This document shows positions 45,815 through 55,914 of a stretch of 64,000 nt of DNA, piece after piece. Below the pieces are notes generated by a model. That model searched no databases, was not told the DNA's origin, and saw nothing but the letters and a program-made list of their open reading frames with translations. The translations under genes were made by a program, and so were the position numbers. This DNA is from Patescibacteria group bacterium (GTDB lineage Bacteria; Patescibacteriota; Microgenomatia; PFEM01; JBHPGO01), in NCBI GenBank assembly GCA_042570465.1, contig JBHPGO010000001.1:1656-65655 (forward strand). The letters are read 5' to 3'. Numbering within the stretch: the first letter of the stretch is position 1; each line of letters starts with the position of its first letter.

Positions 45815-47152
45815 TTACTGCCGCTCAATGGTATAAACGATCGGGTGAAAAAGAAAAATTGCCGGTGTTTCTTCAACAATAAAGCGCTGAAAATCATCAT
45901 AAAATTTTTCTCTTTCCTTTTGGTTAAGGGTTTTTCTTCCATCTTCAAGAAGTTTGTCAATTTTTGGGTTCTTGTAGCCAGTGATATTATTTACCTGAGT
46001 TGAATGCCAAAAAGAATATTGGTCCGGATCAATCGGAATAGTTTGGGTGAGTAGTAAAACCTCAAAATCTTCCTCCAAAGTGCTGGCAAGCCTGACCTTG
46101 GTTTCTATTCCTAGTTGCAGCCAGTCTGAGGCAATTTTTTCAGCTTCTTTCAGCAGTGAGGGAGTGGTCGTCAATACTATTTCAATTTTTTCTTGACCTT
46201 CTTCATCTTCTTCAAAAGATTTTTTGAACAAAGTTTTGGCGTTTTCAAGGTCATAATCATAGTCCTTCACAGAAGGGTTGTAGGCCCAGGAGAGGGGCGA
46301 GATGGGGCTAATCGCTCTCGAGGACCAATCTTTTTTAATCGAATAGGCTAATGCTTGTCGAAAAGACTTGTCTGACAACCTGTTTGATTGGGTATTAAAA
46401 AAGAGAGCCACATATTGGTTTTTCTCAACTTTTTCGGTGATCTTAATCTCTGGCCAAAGCTCAAATTTTTCAGAGGAATTGATATTTTTAAGAGTGTCAA
46501 TCTCGCCAAGCTTAAAGGCAGTGATCGCCGCTGTCTCATTGGGGTATAGGCGGTAGTTAAGAATGGGTTTTGAACTATCATTTGGAACTAGGATAATTTC
46601 TTCAACGATTTCTCCTTGCCGAGAAAGCGACTTGACCCTGTACTCCCCAACCCCCACTAAGCCTTTTTTAAAGACCGGCCGAGAAACAATCGTTGGAAAT
46701 GGAGAAAATGGTTCCAATAGTTGAAAAACTAGTGTTTTTTCATTGATGACGGTCGTCGTCACGTCTGAAAAATTATAGTTAATCTCTTTGGCTGTCAGTG
46801 GCGATCCGTCTTGCCAGTATAAATTTTCCTTAAGGGTAAAATGATACTCTTTACCTGATTTTTTGGCTGACCATGAACCAGCCAATGATGGCTCGACTTC
46901 TTTACTGGCATTTATCTTGGTTAAGCCAAGGCTAATCTTCTCTTGGATCTCCAAGGGAAGATTGCTGGCCTGAAAACGACCAACCAGACCAATTCTTTCA
47001 ATTTTTTTTTGAAAAACTTGAAAATAGAGTTTTGGGGCCAAATAAAAAATTAATCCGCCAACTATAAAACCAAGTAAGATGGTTCGACGTTGTTTTTTGA
47101 TAAAGACAGGAAAAAGACGAAAGTAATATCGGATTTTTTTGATCAGCTTCAT
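45815..47152 (-). CDS. membrane-anchored solute-binding protein (ABC transporter SBP family 5-like)
   Basis: N-terminal TM; 445 aa; weak similarity to oligopeptide/nickel-type SBPs. Confidence 0.45.
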   Translation of the reverse strand: MKLIKKIRYYFRLFPVFIKKQRRTILLGFIVGGLIFYLAPKLYFQVFQKKIERIGLVGRFQASNLPLEIQEKISLGLTKINASKEVEPSLAGSWSAKKSGKEYHFTLKENLYWQDGSPLTAKEINYNFSDVTTTVINEKTLVFQLLEPFSPFPTIVSRPVFKKGLVGVGEYRVKSLSRQGEIVEEIILVPNDSSKPILNYRLYPNETAAITAFKLGEIDTLKNINSSEKFELWPEIKITEKVEKNQYVALFFNTQSNRLSDKSFRQALAYSIKKDWSSRAISPISPLSWAYNPSVKDYDYDLENAKTLFKKSFEEDEEGQEKIEIVLTTTPSLLKEAEKIASDWLQLGIETKVRLASTLEEDFEVLLLTQTIPIDPDQYSFWHSTQVNNITGYKNPKIDKLLEDGRKTLNQKEREKFYDDFQRFIVEETPAIFLFHPIVYTIERQ

Positions 47153-47376
47153 ACCAAAAGACTAGCCACCGAAGAAAGAAAAAACAAAACTCCAAGAACA
47201 ATGGTGGCCAGAAAAAGAATTCTTTCGACCCCTCTTTTAGAACGATAAGATTCCCCTCCCCCACCAAAGGCACTTCCTAAGCCAGTTCCCCGAGACTGAA
47301 GAACAACAGCCACAATCAGCGAAACCGAAATTATTATTTGAAAAATGACAATGATATTTTTCATTTTCTTAACCAA
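47149..47376 (-). CDS. secG: preprotein translocase subunit SecG
   Basis: A 75-aa ORF with two TM helices flanking the Gly-rich loop LQSRGTGLGSAFGGGGESYRSKRG. Confidence 0.65.
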   Translation of the reverse strand: MVKKMKNIIVIFQIIISVSLIVAVVLQSRGTGLGSAFGGGGESYRSKRGVERILFLATIVLGVLFFLSSVASLLV

Positions 47377-47789
47377 AAAAGAAAGCTAATAATCAGACTA
47401 ATGACAAAAGACGTTAAAATAAAGACTCCAAAAATACCGAGATTAAGGGAGGGTATCACAAATCCTTGATAAGTATAGCCCTTAAAAAGATAGGCTTTGA
47501 TTTCAAACTGGGGAACAATCAGAGTCACCAGGTAAAGAGTGACGACGTTGATCAGCCAACGAAAAGCTCCCAGAGTTAGTAAATTAACCGGTAAAAATAA
47601 GAGCTTAATCAAAGGCCTGACAAAAAGATTGACCAAGGTTAGGACCAGGCCGGCTAGAAAAAGAGTTTTGTAACCTCCCAGAAGGGTAACGCCTTCAAGC
47701 ATGTAGGAAGTAATTTTCAAAGCCGCCAAATTATAGACATATGAGCGAAAATGTTTTTTAATCTTCATCTTTAATTGAAACAGGCACAA
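47361..47789 (-). CDS. membrane protein (4 TM)
   Basis: Hydrophobic helices; 142 aa. Confidence 0.35.
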   Translation of the reverse strand: MCLFQLKMKIKKHFRSYVYNLAALKITSYMLEGVTLLGGYKTLFLAGLVLTLVNLFVRPLIKLLFLPVNLLTLGAFRWLINVVTLYLVTLIVPQFEIKAYLFKGYTYQGFVIPSLNLGIFGVFILTSFVISLIISFLFWLRK

Positions 47790-47792
47790 AGA

Positions 47793-49655
47793 TTATTTTC
47801 TTTGCCTTTTATTTTTAACACGCAAGGCTAGAAAAGTCAAAGAAATGATCAATAAAATTCCGGGCAAAACTCTTTCAATTATCAATGAACCCAGTCTTAA
47901 AGAATAGGAAAAACTTTGATCATTGATCAAGGCTTTAATCTCTCTTTTCTGAATTTTTACTGATCGGGAGGTAATTTCGATTGGAATTTGAGCTTGTCCA
48001 AATGGCAAAAGGGTCTTGATTTGTTTTGTAATTGGCTGAGAACCATCACTCAAATGTATTTCGATCGGTAGTTGGTAAACTGCGCTCGGACCAAAATTTT
48101 TGACAATAATTTGACCTTGACCACCAAGCTCTGAAAATATTGTTTTACTAAAATCAAAGACAATATTGAGCTTATTTGGATTTTCTTCATGAAATCGCCC
48201 AAAATTGACCTGAACATCCTTGGAATCAAGACCACCTGATTTATAAGAACCTGCCGGAAGAGGTTTTTGACTGTCTTGCCCATGAATTACAAAAGCAAAA
48301 TGATTCATGTCAAACTTATGAAAATAATCAGTTCCGCCGGTCGTTTTTGCCCAGGTTGGATCGACCGGTACCCAAAGGTTCTTTTCATCATCATAGTACT
48401 CTGGCCATGAGTGAAGAATGTCGGTTACCAAACCAAGGGGTTTAAGTTTTGAATTAGTTGTGTAGGCAAAGCCATTAATTTCCCTGGCCGGAATTCCGAT
48501 CGACCTGGCTAAGGTGATAAACAAGTCAGTAAACTCAGTGCAAATGGCGTCTTGGGGCTTTCCTAAGGCTCCAAGAGCTCCCAAGCGCTTTGAAGGCTTA
48601 TCGACCAGCTCATAATTATATTCCAAATAATTTACCACAAAATCAAAAACTTCTTCAATAGACTCCAAACGCTGGCTGATCTCAACAATCATTGGGTCTT
48701 TAACCGGCCAATATTCACTTTCCGCTAAATTTGATTCAAGCCCCTTCAAGCTTGGGGAAAAATTTTCTGAAAGAGGAGCGATTGGATCAGAAAAAACTTT
48801 GACATACCCAGTTAAGACAACGTTGATATTTTCCTCTCCTTTTAGCTGATAGGAGGCCAACCAATTACCATCAGAATCTTTTTCAATAATTTCTGGCTGG
48901 GGCTCAAGCTGCTCGAAATATACTTTTTGGTAGCTGGTGTCCGGGGGCAGGGCAATTTTAGTCTGGGCCGAAATTAATCCCGTGTTTTGGAGATGATAGG
49001 TTAAGGAAAAGTCAAATATTTGAAAATTCCCAAAAGCAGCCCTGACTCCTGAATGAAGCTGGTTCTTTTTAAATTCAAATCGGTGCCACTGGTCATTGCT
49101 TTCAAAATCAAGCGGTTGAGGAGAAGCATAGGCTAATTTTCCGAATTCAACAGGAACCCTTAATGAAAGCTGGTAATCGTTAATGTTTTCAGGGTTGAGC
49201 AATCTCGGCAGATTGATTTCCCAGATCTGTCCGATTTTTGTCACAACCGAAGCTTGTTCGTAACTGAGAAGAACAGTTTGCTCATTACCTTTGCCGACTA
49301 TTTTTTGGTTAAAAATTAATTTAATGGTCGTTAAGCTATTTCCTTTCTTGACTTCTGTTTTTATTGGACCCAAATTGTCTGAGGCACTAATATTTTCCAG
49401 CTGATCAGTTTTCAAGTTAAGAGTTAGACTATTGGCATAAGTCGAAGAATTTAAGTTTTTCAAAGAAATTTCCTGCACAACTTGAGCTTTTCCAGAGGGA
49501 TCAATTTCATAACTAACCAGGTAAGATGATTCAAATTCAGTAGAGGCCAAGACTGTCGATGGCCAAGCAGCTGAGATAAAACCAAAAACTAGTGCCAGCA
49601 AGACTAACTTAAATTGCTTGAACCGATTAATAAGACTAGACATTTTTCTTCTCAT
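47793..49655 (-). CDS. membrane-anchored transglutaminase-like (Cys-protease fold) domain protein
   Basis: DAICTEFTDLFITLARSIGIPAREINGFAY matches the transglutaminase-like core; TM segments at the N- and C-termini. Confidence 0.55.
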   Translation of the reverse strand: MRRKMSSLINRFKQFKLVLLALVFGFISAAWPSTVLASTEFESSYLVSYEIDPSGKAQVVQEISLKNLNSSTYANSLTLNLKTDQLENISASDNLGPIKTEVKKGNSLTTIKLIFNQKIVGKGNEQTVLLSYEQASVVTKIGQIWEINLPRLLNPENINDYQLSLRVPVEFGKLAYASPQPLDFESNDQWHRFEFKKNQLHSGVRAAFGNFQIFDFSLTYHLQNTGLISAQTKIALPPDTSYQKVYFEQLEPQPEIIEKDSDGNWLASYQLKGEENINVVLTGYVKVFSDPIAPLSENFSPSLKGLESNLAESEYWPVKDPMIVEISQRLESIEEVFDFVVNYLEYNYELVDKPSKRLGALGALGKPQDAICTEFTDLFITLARSIGIPAREINGFAYTTNSKLKPLGLVTDILHSWPEYYDDEKNLWVPVDPTWAKTTGGTDYFHKFDMNHFAFVIHGQDSQKPLPAGSYKSGGLDSKDVQVNFGRFHEENPNKLNIVFDFSKTIFSELGGQGQIIVKNFGPSAVYQLPIEIHLSDGSQPITKQIKTLLPFGQAQIPIEITSRSVKIQKREIKALINDQSFSYSLRLGSLIIERVLPGILLIISLTFLALRVKNKRQRK

Positions 49656-49756
49656 TCCTAGAAAAATTTTAACTCAACCTCTTGGCGACATCCAGGGGCA
49701 AAAATTGTCAAAAACTAGTCCTTGACAGCCGTTAAAACTTCGGGTAATCTTAGGGT

Positions 49757-50371
49757 ATGCCAGTAACAATTTATCGCCGCCAAAAGCAAATTCTCGACTT
49801 TCTCGTTCAATATATCCAAAAATACGGATTTTCCCCAACCCTTTCTGAAATTGCAAAAGCGATCGGTGTCTCTTCTTTGGCCACAGTTCATGAACATCTT
49901 TCAAGTTTGGTAAAAAAGGGCCTTGTCAAGCGCTATGAAGGCGCAGTCAGAGGAATTGAGGTTATCAACCAAAAAATTGCTCAAATTACTGAAGGGATTG
50001 AATTGCCGGTCTTGGGCTTTATCGCCGCCGGAAAGCCGATTGAACCCTTCACTGACCCTAATGCGACTCTCTCGGTTTCTCCGAGCATGATTTCCGGAAA
50101 AAAAAGAGCTTTTGTTCTTAAAGTTAAGGGGGAGTCAATGATTGATGATGGGATTTTGGATGGTGACTATGTGGTTGTTGAACAACAAGATGAAGTTAAC
50201 AATGGTGAGATAGCGGTTGCCTTACTGGAAAATGGCTTTGCGACCCTCAAGCGATTTTTTAAGGAGGCCACTCGGATCAGATTAGAGCCGGCCAATTCTC
50301 AAATGTCACCTATTTTTGCCAAGAGTGTCAAAATTCAGGGCAAAGTCGTCGGAGTAATTCGCCGTTTCTAG
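49757..50371 (+). CDS. lexA: LexA repressor (S24 peptidase)
   Basis: Winged-HTH LSEIAKAIGVSSLATVHEHLSSLVKKGLVKR, AAG cleavage site, GESM Ser and the LKRF Lys of the catalytic dyad. Confidence 0.8.
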   Translation: MPVTIYRRQKQILDFLVQYIQKYGFSPTLSEIAKAIGVSSLATVHEHLSSLVKKGLVKRYEGAVRGIEVINQKIAQITEGIELPVLGFIAAGKPIEPFTDPNATLSVSPSMISGKKRAFVLKVKGESMIDDGILDGDYVVVEQQDEVNNGEIAVALLENGFATLKRFFKEATRIRLEPANSQMSPIFAKSVKIQGKVVGVIRRF

Positions 50372-50380
50372 GGGACGAGA

Positions 50381-51013
50381 TCAATTTATCTTCAACTTCT
50401 TTTTAGCCATCGCCCATAAAGGTTGGCGGTACTCTTTCCAGAAGTGGTAAAGACCCGGTGAGGCTGAAACTAAAATGACAACCAGGATGATCAAGTGAAA
50501 GTATTTCTCTATTCCAGGAATTGTGCTGCCCAATAAGTAGCCACCCAAGGTAGTTGAGCCAACCCAAATAATTCCCCCGATAACATTGAAAAATAAAAAT
50601 CGACGGTACTCCATTTTGCCAATTCCAGCCACAATCGGGGCAAAAGTCCTGATAAACGGCATAAATCGGGCAATAATTATTGTTTTGCCGCCGTGCTTTT
50701 CGTAGAACTGGTTGGCCCGGATAATATTTTTCTTATGAAAAAGGAGAGAGTCTTCTTTTTTAAAAATTTTTGGGCCGGTTTTTTTACCAAACCAATAACC
50801 AACGCTATCACCACTAATAGCAGCGATTATCCCCCCAATCAATAAGACGGTAATGTCGAGAAAATTTTGTGAAGCCAGCAAACCGGCGGTAATCAAAAGA
50901 CTGTCACCAGGAAAGAAGAAACCAAATAATAAACCTGACTCAGCAAAAACCATGCCAAAAATACCAAAATAGCCAGTCGTCATAATGATTTCTTTAAGAT
51001 CGAAATGTGGCAT
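50381..51013 (-). CDS. DedA/TVP38 family membrane protein
   Basis: FFPGDSLLITAG motif; 210 aa. Confidence 0.7.
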   Translation of the reverse strand: MPHFDLKEIIMTTGYFGIFGMVFAESGLLFGFFFPGDSLLITAGLLASQNFLDITVLLIGGIIAAISGDSVGYWFGKKTGPKIFKKEDSLLFHKKNIIRANQFYEKHGGKTIIIARFMPFIRTFAPIVAGIGKMEYRRFLFFNVIGGIIWVGSTTLGGYLLGSTIPGIEKYFHLIILVVILVSASPGLYHFWKEYRQPLWAMAKKKLKIN

Positions 51014-51164
51014 GGGTATGATTGAAAGTAATTATTTTGATAATTAAAATTTTGAATTTGGATATTGTTTTGGTTTTAGAAATTAGAGCTTAGTATTTGC
51101 TGTCACAAAACTCAGACTTTCAAATATTAACAGAGATTGGGCATTTAATTCAAGAGGTTTTACT

Positions 51165-51404
51165 TTATTTATCTACCCTTAAAGCCAAATCAGGACAAGT
51201 TGTTTCACAAATTCCGCAAAAGGTGCACTTTTTAATGTCTATTTCAACTGAAGGAGTGCCATAAACTCCAACCTTATCTTTGGAAAAAGAGATGGCTCCA
51301 AAAGGGCATTTTTCAAGGCAAAGTCCACAGCCCTTGCAAAGACCAAGAAATAAGGTGACTTTTTTCTTTTGGTTGGCGACGGTTATTGGCTTGAAATTTT
51401 TCAT
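51165..51404 (-). CDS. 2-oxoacid:ferredoxin oxidoreductase, delta subunit (2x[4Fe-4S] ferredoxin)
   Basis: CKGCGLCLEKCP and CTFCGICETTCP. Confidence 0.75.
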   Translation of the reverse strand: MKNFKPITVANQKKKVTLFLGLCKGCGLCLEKCPFGAISFSKDKVGVYGTPSVEIDIKKCTFCGICETTCPDLALRVDK

Positions 51405-51886
51405 CCTTCAAGTGCCTCCAGATCAATTTTTTTCAGTTGAGGGTCTTTTTCAAAGTACTTAGCAAAACGAGTCGTCAGCGCCTTAAGTAAATTCGCTGGC
51501 TGGACAAACTTACCCTGGCGATTAACTTCACCTAAAACAACCACGTTATAAGCCTTAGGAGGGCTTTTTGTTTGAAGCCCCTTTTTAACCGCCGGCCCTA
51601 AAATAACCTTGGTTTGAGGACCGATAAACGGTTGGGCTCTTTCGACCGAGCGATCGGAAAGAATGGCCAAGCAATCGGCCTTTTCAAACTTTGGGTAAAC
51701 AATTTCAGCTGAGCTGATAATCACAAAAGCCAATGAGACTCCACCTCTTTGTTCAACTCCAAAATTAGGGATATAACTGGCGTCTTTGCCCTCGGCAATG
51801 GCGGCTTTAGCCAATATTTCAGCAATGACCTGAACACCTTGGCCCCCTTCTCCGGCAAATAGTATTTTCTTTCGTGTTTGACTCAT
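51401..51886 (-). CDS. 2-oxoacid:ferredoxin oxidoreductase, gamma subunit
   Basis: GEGGQGVQVIAEILAKAA is the POR gamma N-terminal motif; 4-nt overlaps with the neighbouring genes. Confidence 0.75.
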   Translation of the reverse strand: MSQTRKKILFAGEGGQGVQVIAEILAKAAIAEGKDASYIPNFGVEQRGGVSLAFVIISSAEIVYPKFEKADCLAILSDRSVERAQPFIGPQTKVILGPAVKKGLQTKSPPKAYNVVVLGEVNRQGKFVQPANLLKALTTRFAKYFEKDPQLKKIDLEALEG

Positions 51887-51887
51887 C

Positions 51888-52622
51888 TTATTTTTTGATT
51901 TCTCCGAGTTGGAATATATTTTCTAATTCATTGACTCTTTTAATCGTCTCTTTGGCATTAGTTTTCCAATTAAGCGGGCAAGCAGACAAAGATTCAACTA
52001 AAGAAAAGTTGCCCTCAAGTTGAGCTTGAATCGCTTTTTTTAGGTATTGCTTTAAAACAATTGATTTTTCAGTTGATCCCCTGGCTAAATAGGCGTCCTT
52101 ATGGTTTAGCCATGAAAGAGTTTCCGGCCCATGCAAGACCTTGCCTCTTTTTTTGGGGTCTCGACCTTTGGGAGTGGTGGTGGTCACTTCTTGAGCGGTC
52201 GTTGTCGGGGCCATCTGACCACCAGTCATTGCGTATAAGGTGTTGTTGACCACAATCGTCGTGATTGGGTCATTGCGAAGACAAGCGCTCATCACATGTT
52301 GTAGGCCAATCGCGTATCCCCCACCATCACCAACATAAGCAAAAACTATTTTTTTCGGATTGGCTTTTTTGAAACCAACGGCGGTGGGAACGGTTCTTCC
52401 ATGATGAGTTTGGGAAGTGGGTAGATCAAAAAAGTCCCAGGCCAGTAAAGAGCAACCAATATCGATCAAAAAGATGGCCTTGTCAGCGATATTGAGCTCA
52501 TCGATCACTTGACCCAAGGTTTTCAAGACTATCGGGTGCCCACAGCCCGGGCAAAATTTATGCGGCTTAGAATCTGCCTGAACACATTTAGGAAATCTGG
52601 GTTCTAAAGTTTGCTTGTTCAT
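51888..52622 (-). CDS. 2-oxoacid:ferredoxin oxidoreductase, beta subunit (TPP-binding)
   Basis: CPGCGH..GDGGGYAIG TPP motif. Confidence 0.8.
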   Translation of the reverse strand: MNKQTLEPRFPKCVQADSKPHKFCPGCGHPIVLKTLGQVIDELNIADKAIFLIDIGCSLLAWDFFDLPTSQTHHGRTVPTAVGFKKANPKKIVFAYVGDGGGYAIGLQHVMSACLRNDPITTIVVNNTLYAMTGGQMAPTTTAQEVTTTTPKGRDPKKRGKVLHGPETLSWLNHKDAYLARGSTEKSIVLKQYLKKAIQAQLEGNFSLVESLSACPLNWKTNAKETIKRVNELENIFQLGEIKK

Positions 52623-52647
52623 TTGACGATCAAGATAGTTTAAATAA

Positions 52648-53694
52648 TTAAGATAATGCTTTTTGTGTTAATTTAACAATTTCTTCAGGGGTAAACCCCA
52701 CCGCTGGTTTATTGACTTCAAGAAGCAGCGGACCACTGTGATAGAATTCATTTTTGAAAAGTTCAGCTAACTGCCCCAAAGCAGATTCAAAAACAATGAT
52801 TTTTTTAACTTTTTTAAGATATTTTTTCGCTTGAGAGCTGGGAAATGGCCGGAGGGTGATTGGCCTGAAAAGACCAACTTTTAGACCCTTTTTCCTTAAA
52901 ATTCTAACTGCCTCTTTGACAGCCGCCCCGACAATCCCGTGAGCCAAAAGCATGACTTGAGCATCGGCCATTTCGTAGGCTTCACTTTCCTCTATTTCGG
53001 GTCGGATTTTTTCAAAATCTTGATAATAGTCCAGGATAACTCGGCCAATTTCCTCTTCAAGATTATAACAATTTCTAAGATTAACTCCTTTTTTAAGAAT
53101 TGGCTTAAATAATGACTTTTTTACTTTGGGCTTGTTTAAGCTTACTAAACCCTTGGTTTTTCCTTGATAGCCGTCAGCCAAAATAAAGGTAGGGTAACGG
53201 TATTTCCAGGCAACCTCAAAGGCCTTAATAGTCAAGTCATAAAGATCTTGAAGACCAGCGGTGGAGTAAACAATCCGAAAGCCTTCTCCATTGCCCCCAA
53301 AACATGTTAGGCGAACCTCTTCTTGGGAATAGATGACAGTCGAAGTTGAAAGTCCGCCCCGTTGGACGATCATGGCCACTGTCGGAATCCTTAAGGCTTC
53401 GGCCATAGAAAAGGCGTCTTGCATCAAAACATTTCCCGGACCAGCGGTGGCCGTAAAAGTAGGGGTCCCAGCCAGACAAGCCCCAATCGTGGAAAATCCG
53501 GCCGACATTTCATCTTCAGTCTGCATAAAATCGATTTTTTTGTCTTCTTGGCAAAGCTTAACCCAAGTTTCAAGGATTTCTGAAGCTGGAGTGATCGGGT
53601 AACCAAACATTAACTTGGCCCCTGCGTCTTTAGCGGCCATCGCCAAAACCTTATTGCCCATCATGAATTTTTTATCCATCGTTTTATCCATCAT
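52648..53694 (-). CDS. 2-oxoacid:ferredoxin oxidoreductase, alpha subunit
   Basis: N-terminal POR domain; 348 aa; operon with the beta/gamma/delta subunit genes. Confidence 0.8.
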   Translation of the reverse strand: MMDKTMDKKFMMGNKVLAMAAKDAGAKLMFGYPITPASEILETWVKLCQEDKKIDFMQTEDEMSAGFSTIGACLAGTPTFTATAGPGNVLMQDAFSMAEALRIPTVAMIVQRGGLSTSTVIYSQEEVRLTCFGGNGEGFRIVYSTAGLQDLYDLTIKAFEVAWKYRYPTFILADGYQGKTKGLVSLNKPKVKKSLFKPILKKGVNLRNCYNLEEEIGRVILDYYQDFEKIRPEIEESEAYEMADAQVMLLAHGIVGAAVKEAVRILRKKGLKVGLFRPITLRPFPSSQAKKYLKKVKKIIVFESALGQLAELFKNEFYHSGPLLLEVNKPAVGFTPEEIVKLTQKALS

Positions 53695-53752
53695 TGTATC
53701 TATCGTTGTATAATGATTATGAACAATGTATTAAAAAACATCAAGAAGCATT

Positions 53753-53789
53753 TCACACCCGATGTGATTCTCTATTTGCACATCGGGAG
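53753..53789. repeat. REP-like palindrome upstream of the Y1 transposase
   Basis: tcacacccgatgtgattctctatttgcacatcgggag. Confidence 0.6.
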
Positions 53790-53829
53790 CTTACGCGAGA
53801 AATATTAACATTAAATTATTTTAAATCTG

Positions 53830-54507
53830 ATGCCAATAAGAGAAACTCCCTTGATAAATAACGAAATCTATCATTTATTCAATCGAGGTGTTGACAGTTG
53901 TCCGACCTTTTTGACCTCTGTAGATTACCGGCGTTTTCTAAAAACAATCAATTTTTATCGATACTTTCCTCTTCCTGTCAGGTTAAGCCAATTTCTGGAT
54001 TACTCTATTAAAGAAAAAGAAAATATTTTGAATGACTTAGCCAGTAGCATGAAGGATCAGGTCTCAATATTATCTTTTTGCCTTATGCCCAATCACTACC
54101 ATATTCTTGCAAGACAGATAAAAGATAACGGCATTTCAAACTTTTTAAGGCTGGTTCAAAACAGCTACACAAAATACTTTAATATTAAAAAAGAAAGAAT
54201 CGGACCGTTGTTCCAGGGTCCTTTTAAAGTTGTCAGGGTAGAAACTGACGAACAACTAATCCATCTCTCCAGATACATCCACCTTAATCCCTATTCTTCA
54301 TATGTGGTCAAATCAATTGAGGATCTGGTAAAATATCCCTGGTCTTCTTTCACAAATTATCTTGGGAAAAATAGCCATCAATTTGTAAATAAACGATTTG
54401 TATTAGGAATGTTTAAAAGCAAAAGAGAATATCAAAATTTTGTGTTTAACCAAGCAGATTACCAAAGACAATTTGAGATTATTAAACATCTAGCCTGGGA
54501 ACATTAG
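53830..54507 (+). mobile_element. IS200/IS605-like HuH Y1 transposase (RAYT-like), 225 aa
   Basis: LMPNHYHILAR HuH motif and downstream Tyr-containing helix; flanked by inverted REP copies. Confidence 0.6.
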
Positions 54508-54543
54508 TCCCGATGTAGGGAACCTGTTTCACATCGGGTGTGG
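54508..54543. repeat. REP-like palindrome downstream of the transposase (inverted relative to 53753)
   Basis: The reverse complement cacacccgatgtgaaacaggttccctacatcggga matches 34193. Confidence 0.6.
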
Positions 54544-54550
54544 AAAAACT

Positions 54551-55252
54551 ATGGGGTTATTGTACGTGGTGTCGACACCAATTGGAAATCTAAAAGATAT
54601 TACCTTAAGGGCGATTGAGGTTTTAAAGTCAGTGGATTACATTGCCTGCGAAGACACCAGAAAAACCGGTCAACTCTTAAAAACTATCCGTGGCGATCAA
54701 AAAGTTGAGATATCAAAAAAACCGCGACTAATTTCATATTTTGAGAATAATGAGGCCAGAAGAATCCCTCAAATCATTTCTTTACTAGAAGACGATTATT
54801 CCGTTGCCCTTGTTTCCAACGCCGGTACCCCAACCATAGCTGACCCTGGTTTTAAGCTTGTTAAAGAGTGCCTAGGGCTTGGCATCAGGGCTATTCCTAT
54901 CCCTGGACCTTCGGCGATATTAGCGGCTTTGGTGGCCTCAGGACTACCAACCGACAAGTTTTACTTTTGGGGTTTTTTACCGAAAAAAAGGGGAAAGAGG
55001 CAGAAATATCTGGAAAAGATTTTCAAAACAAACAAGACTTCTTCGGCAACTAACATTATCTTTCTAAGTCCCCATCGGCTTTTAAAAGAGTTAGAGGAAT
55101 TTAAAGGAGTTTTTGGCAACTCCTATGTTGTTATTTGCCAAGAACTAACTAAAATCCACGAGAAAGTTGAAAAAAATAAGGTGGACAAAATAATCGAAAA
55201 TTTCCAAAAACTAAAACTAAAAGGAGAGTTTGTCTTAGTTTTTAAAACATGA
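54551..55252 (+). CDS. rsmI: 16S rRNA (cytidine1402-2'-O)-methyltransferase RsmI-like (tetrapyrrole methylase fold)
   Basis: LYVVSTPIGNLKDITLRAIEVLKSVDYIACEDTR. Confidence 0.75.
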   Translation: MGLLYVVSTPIGNLKDITLRAIEVLKSVDYIACEDTRKTGQLLKTIRGDQKVEISKKPRLISYFENNEARRIPQIISLLEDDYSVALVSNAGTPTIADPGFKLVKECLGLGIRAIPIPGPSAILAALVASGLPTDKFYFWGFLPKKRGKRQKYLEKIFKTNKTSSATNIIFLSPHRLLKELEEFKGVFGNSYVVICQELTKIHEKVEKNKVDKIIENFQKLKLKGEFVLVFKT

Positions 55253-55291
55253 GTAAATGATAAGAAGAAATTGGGCAAGAGTTTTAAGGCT

Positions 55292-55555
55292 CTAGAACAT
55301 CTCTTTGCCGAATCTAGGACAATCAAATACTGTAGCTTGGTCTGGCCAATATTTACCGCTCTGAGTCGGACCAGAATAATCACGAAGAAGAGCTTTCTCT
55401 TCGTGATAATTCATAGGTTTTGCCTCGGATTTCCGCTTCAATAATCGAGCCTCGCCCATTTTCTCCCAGTCTTCATCATCTATTTCCCGCCAAAGCCTCT
55501 CCATTCTAATAATAGTCCATTTTAACTGATCAGTCTGTCCTTGCGGTGATTTCAT
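55292..55555 (-). CDS. small hypothetical protein
   Basis: An 87-aa ORF with no other support. Confidence 0.25.
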   Translation of the reverse strand: MKSPQGQTDQLKWTIIRMERLWREIDDEDWEKMGEARLLKRKSEAKPMNYHEEKALLRDYSGPTQSGKYWPDQATVFDCPRFGKEMF

Positions 55556-55582
55556 TTTTATAGACCTTTAAACCTTTAGTAG

Positions 55583-55852
55583 TTATTCACCAAATTCCAT
55601 AGGTTCTTGAGGGGTAATCGCTTGTTTAATTTCTTTTTCAAGACGATTTGAAAGAGCCAGTGCCTCTGCTCCAATATTAACGTAAACGATGGACAATCTT
55701 CGGTGTGGGGCTGTTTGAGCATTATCTTCACCAGCTTCTTCCTGAAGAAAACTTACTCTTCGAGACGAATCTTCTGCATGCAGGATTAAATTTTCGCCAA
55801 CTAATCTTAATGCTTCAGCTTCTGGATGAAGTATCTTTTCAGGACTACCCAT
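55583..55852 (-). CDS. small hypothetical protein
   Basis: An 89-aa ORF with no other support. Confidence 0.25.
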   Translation of the reverse strand: MGSPEKILHPEAEALRLVGENLILHAEDSSRRVSFLQEEAGEDNAQTAPHRRLSIVYVNIGAEALALSNRLEKEIKQAITPQEPMEFGE

Positions 55853-55914
55853 ATGGGAATTATATCAAAAAAAAATTTGGAGTCAAGGCATTGGGCCTAT
55901 GAATCGGTGATTTT

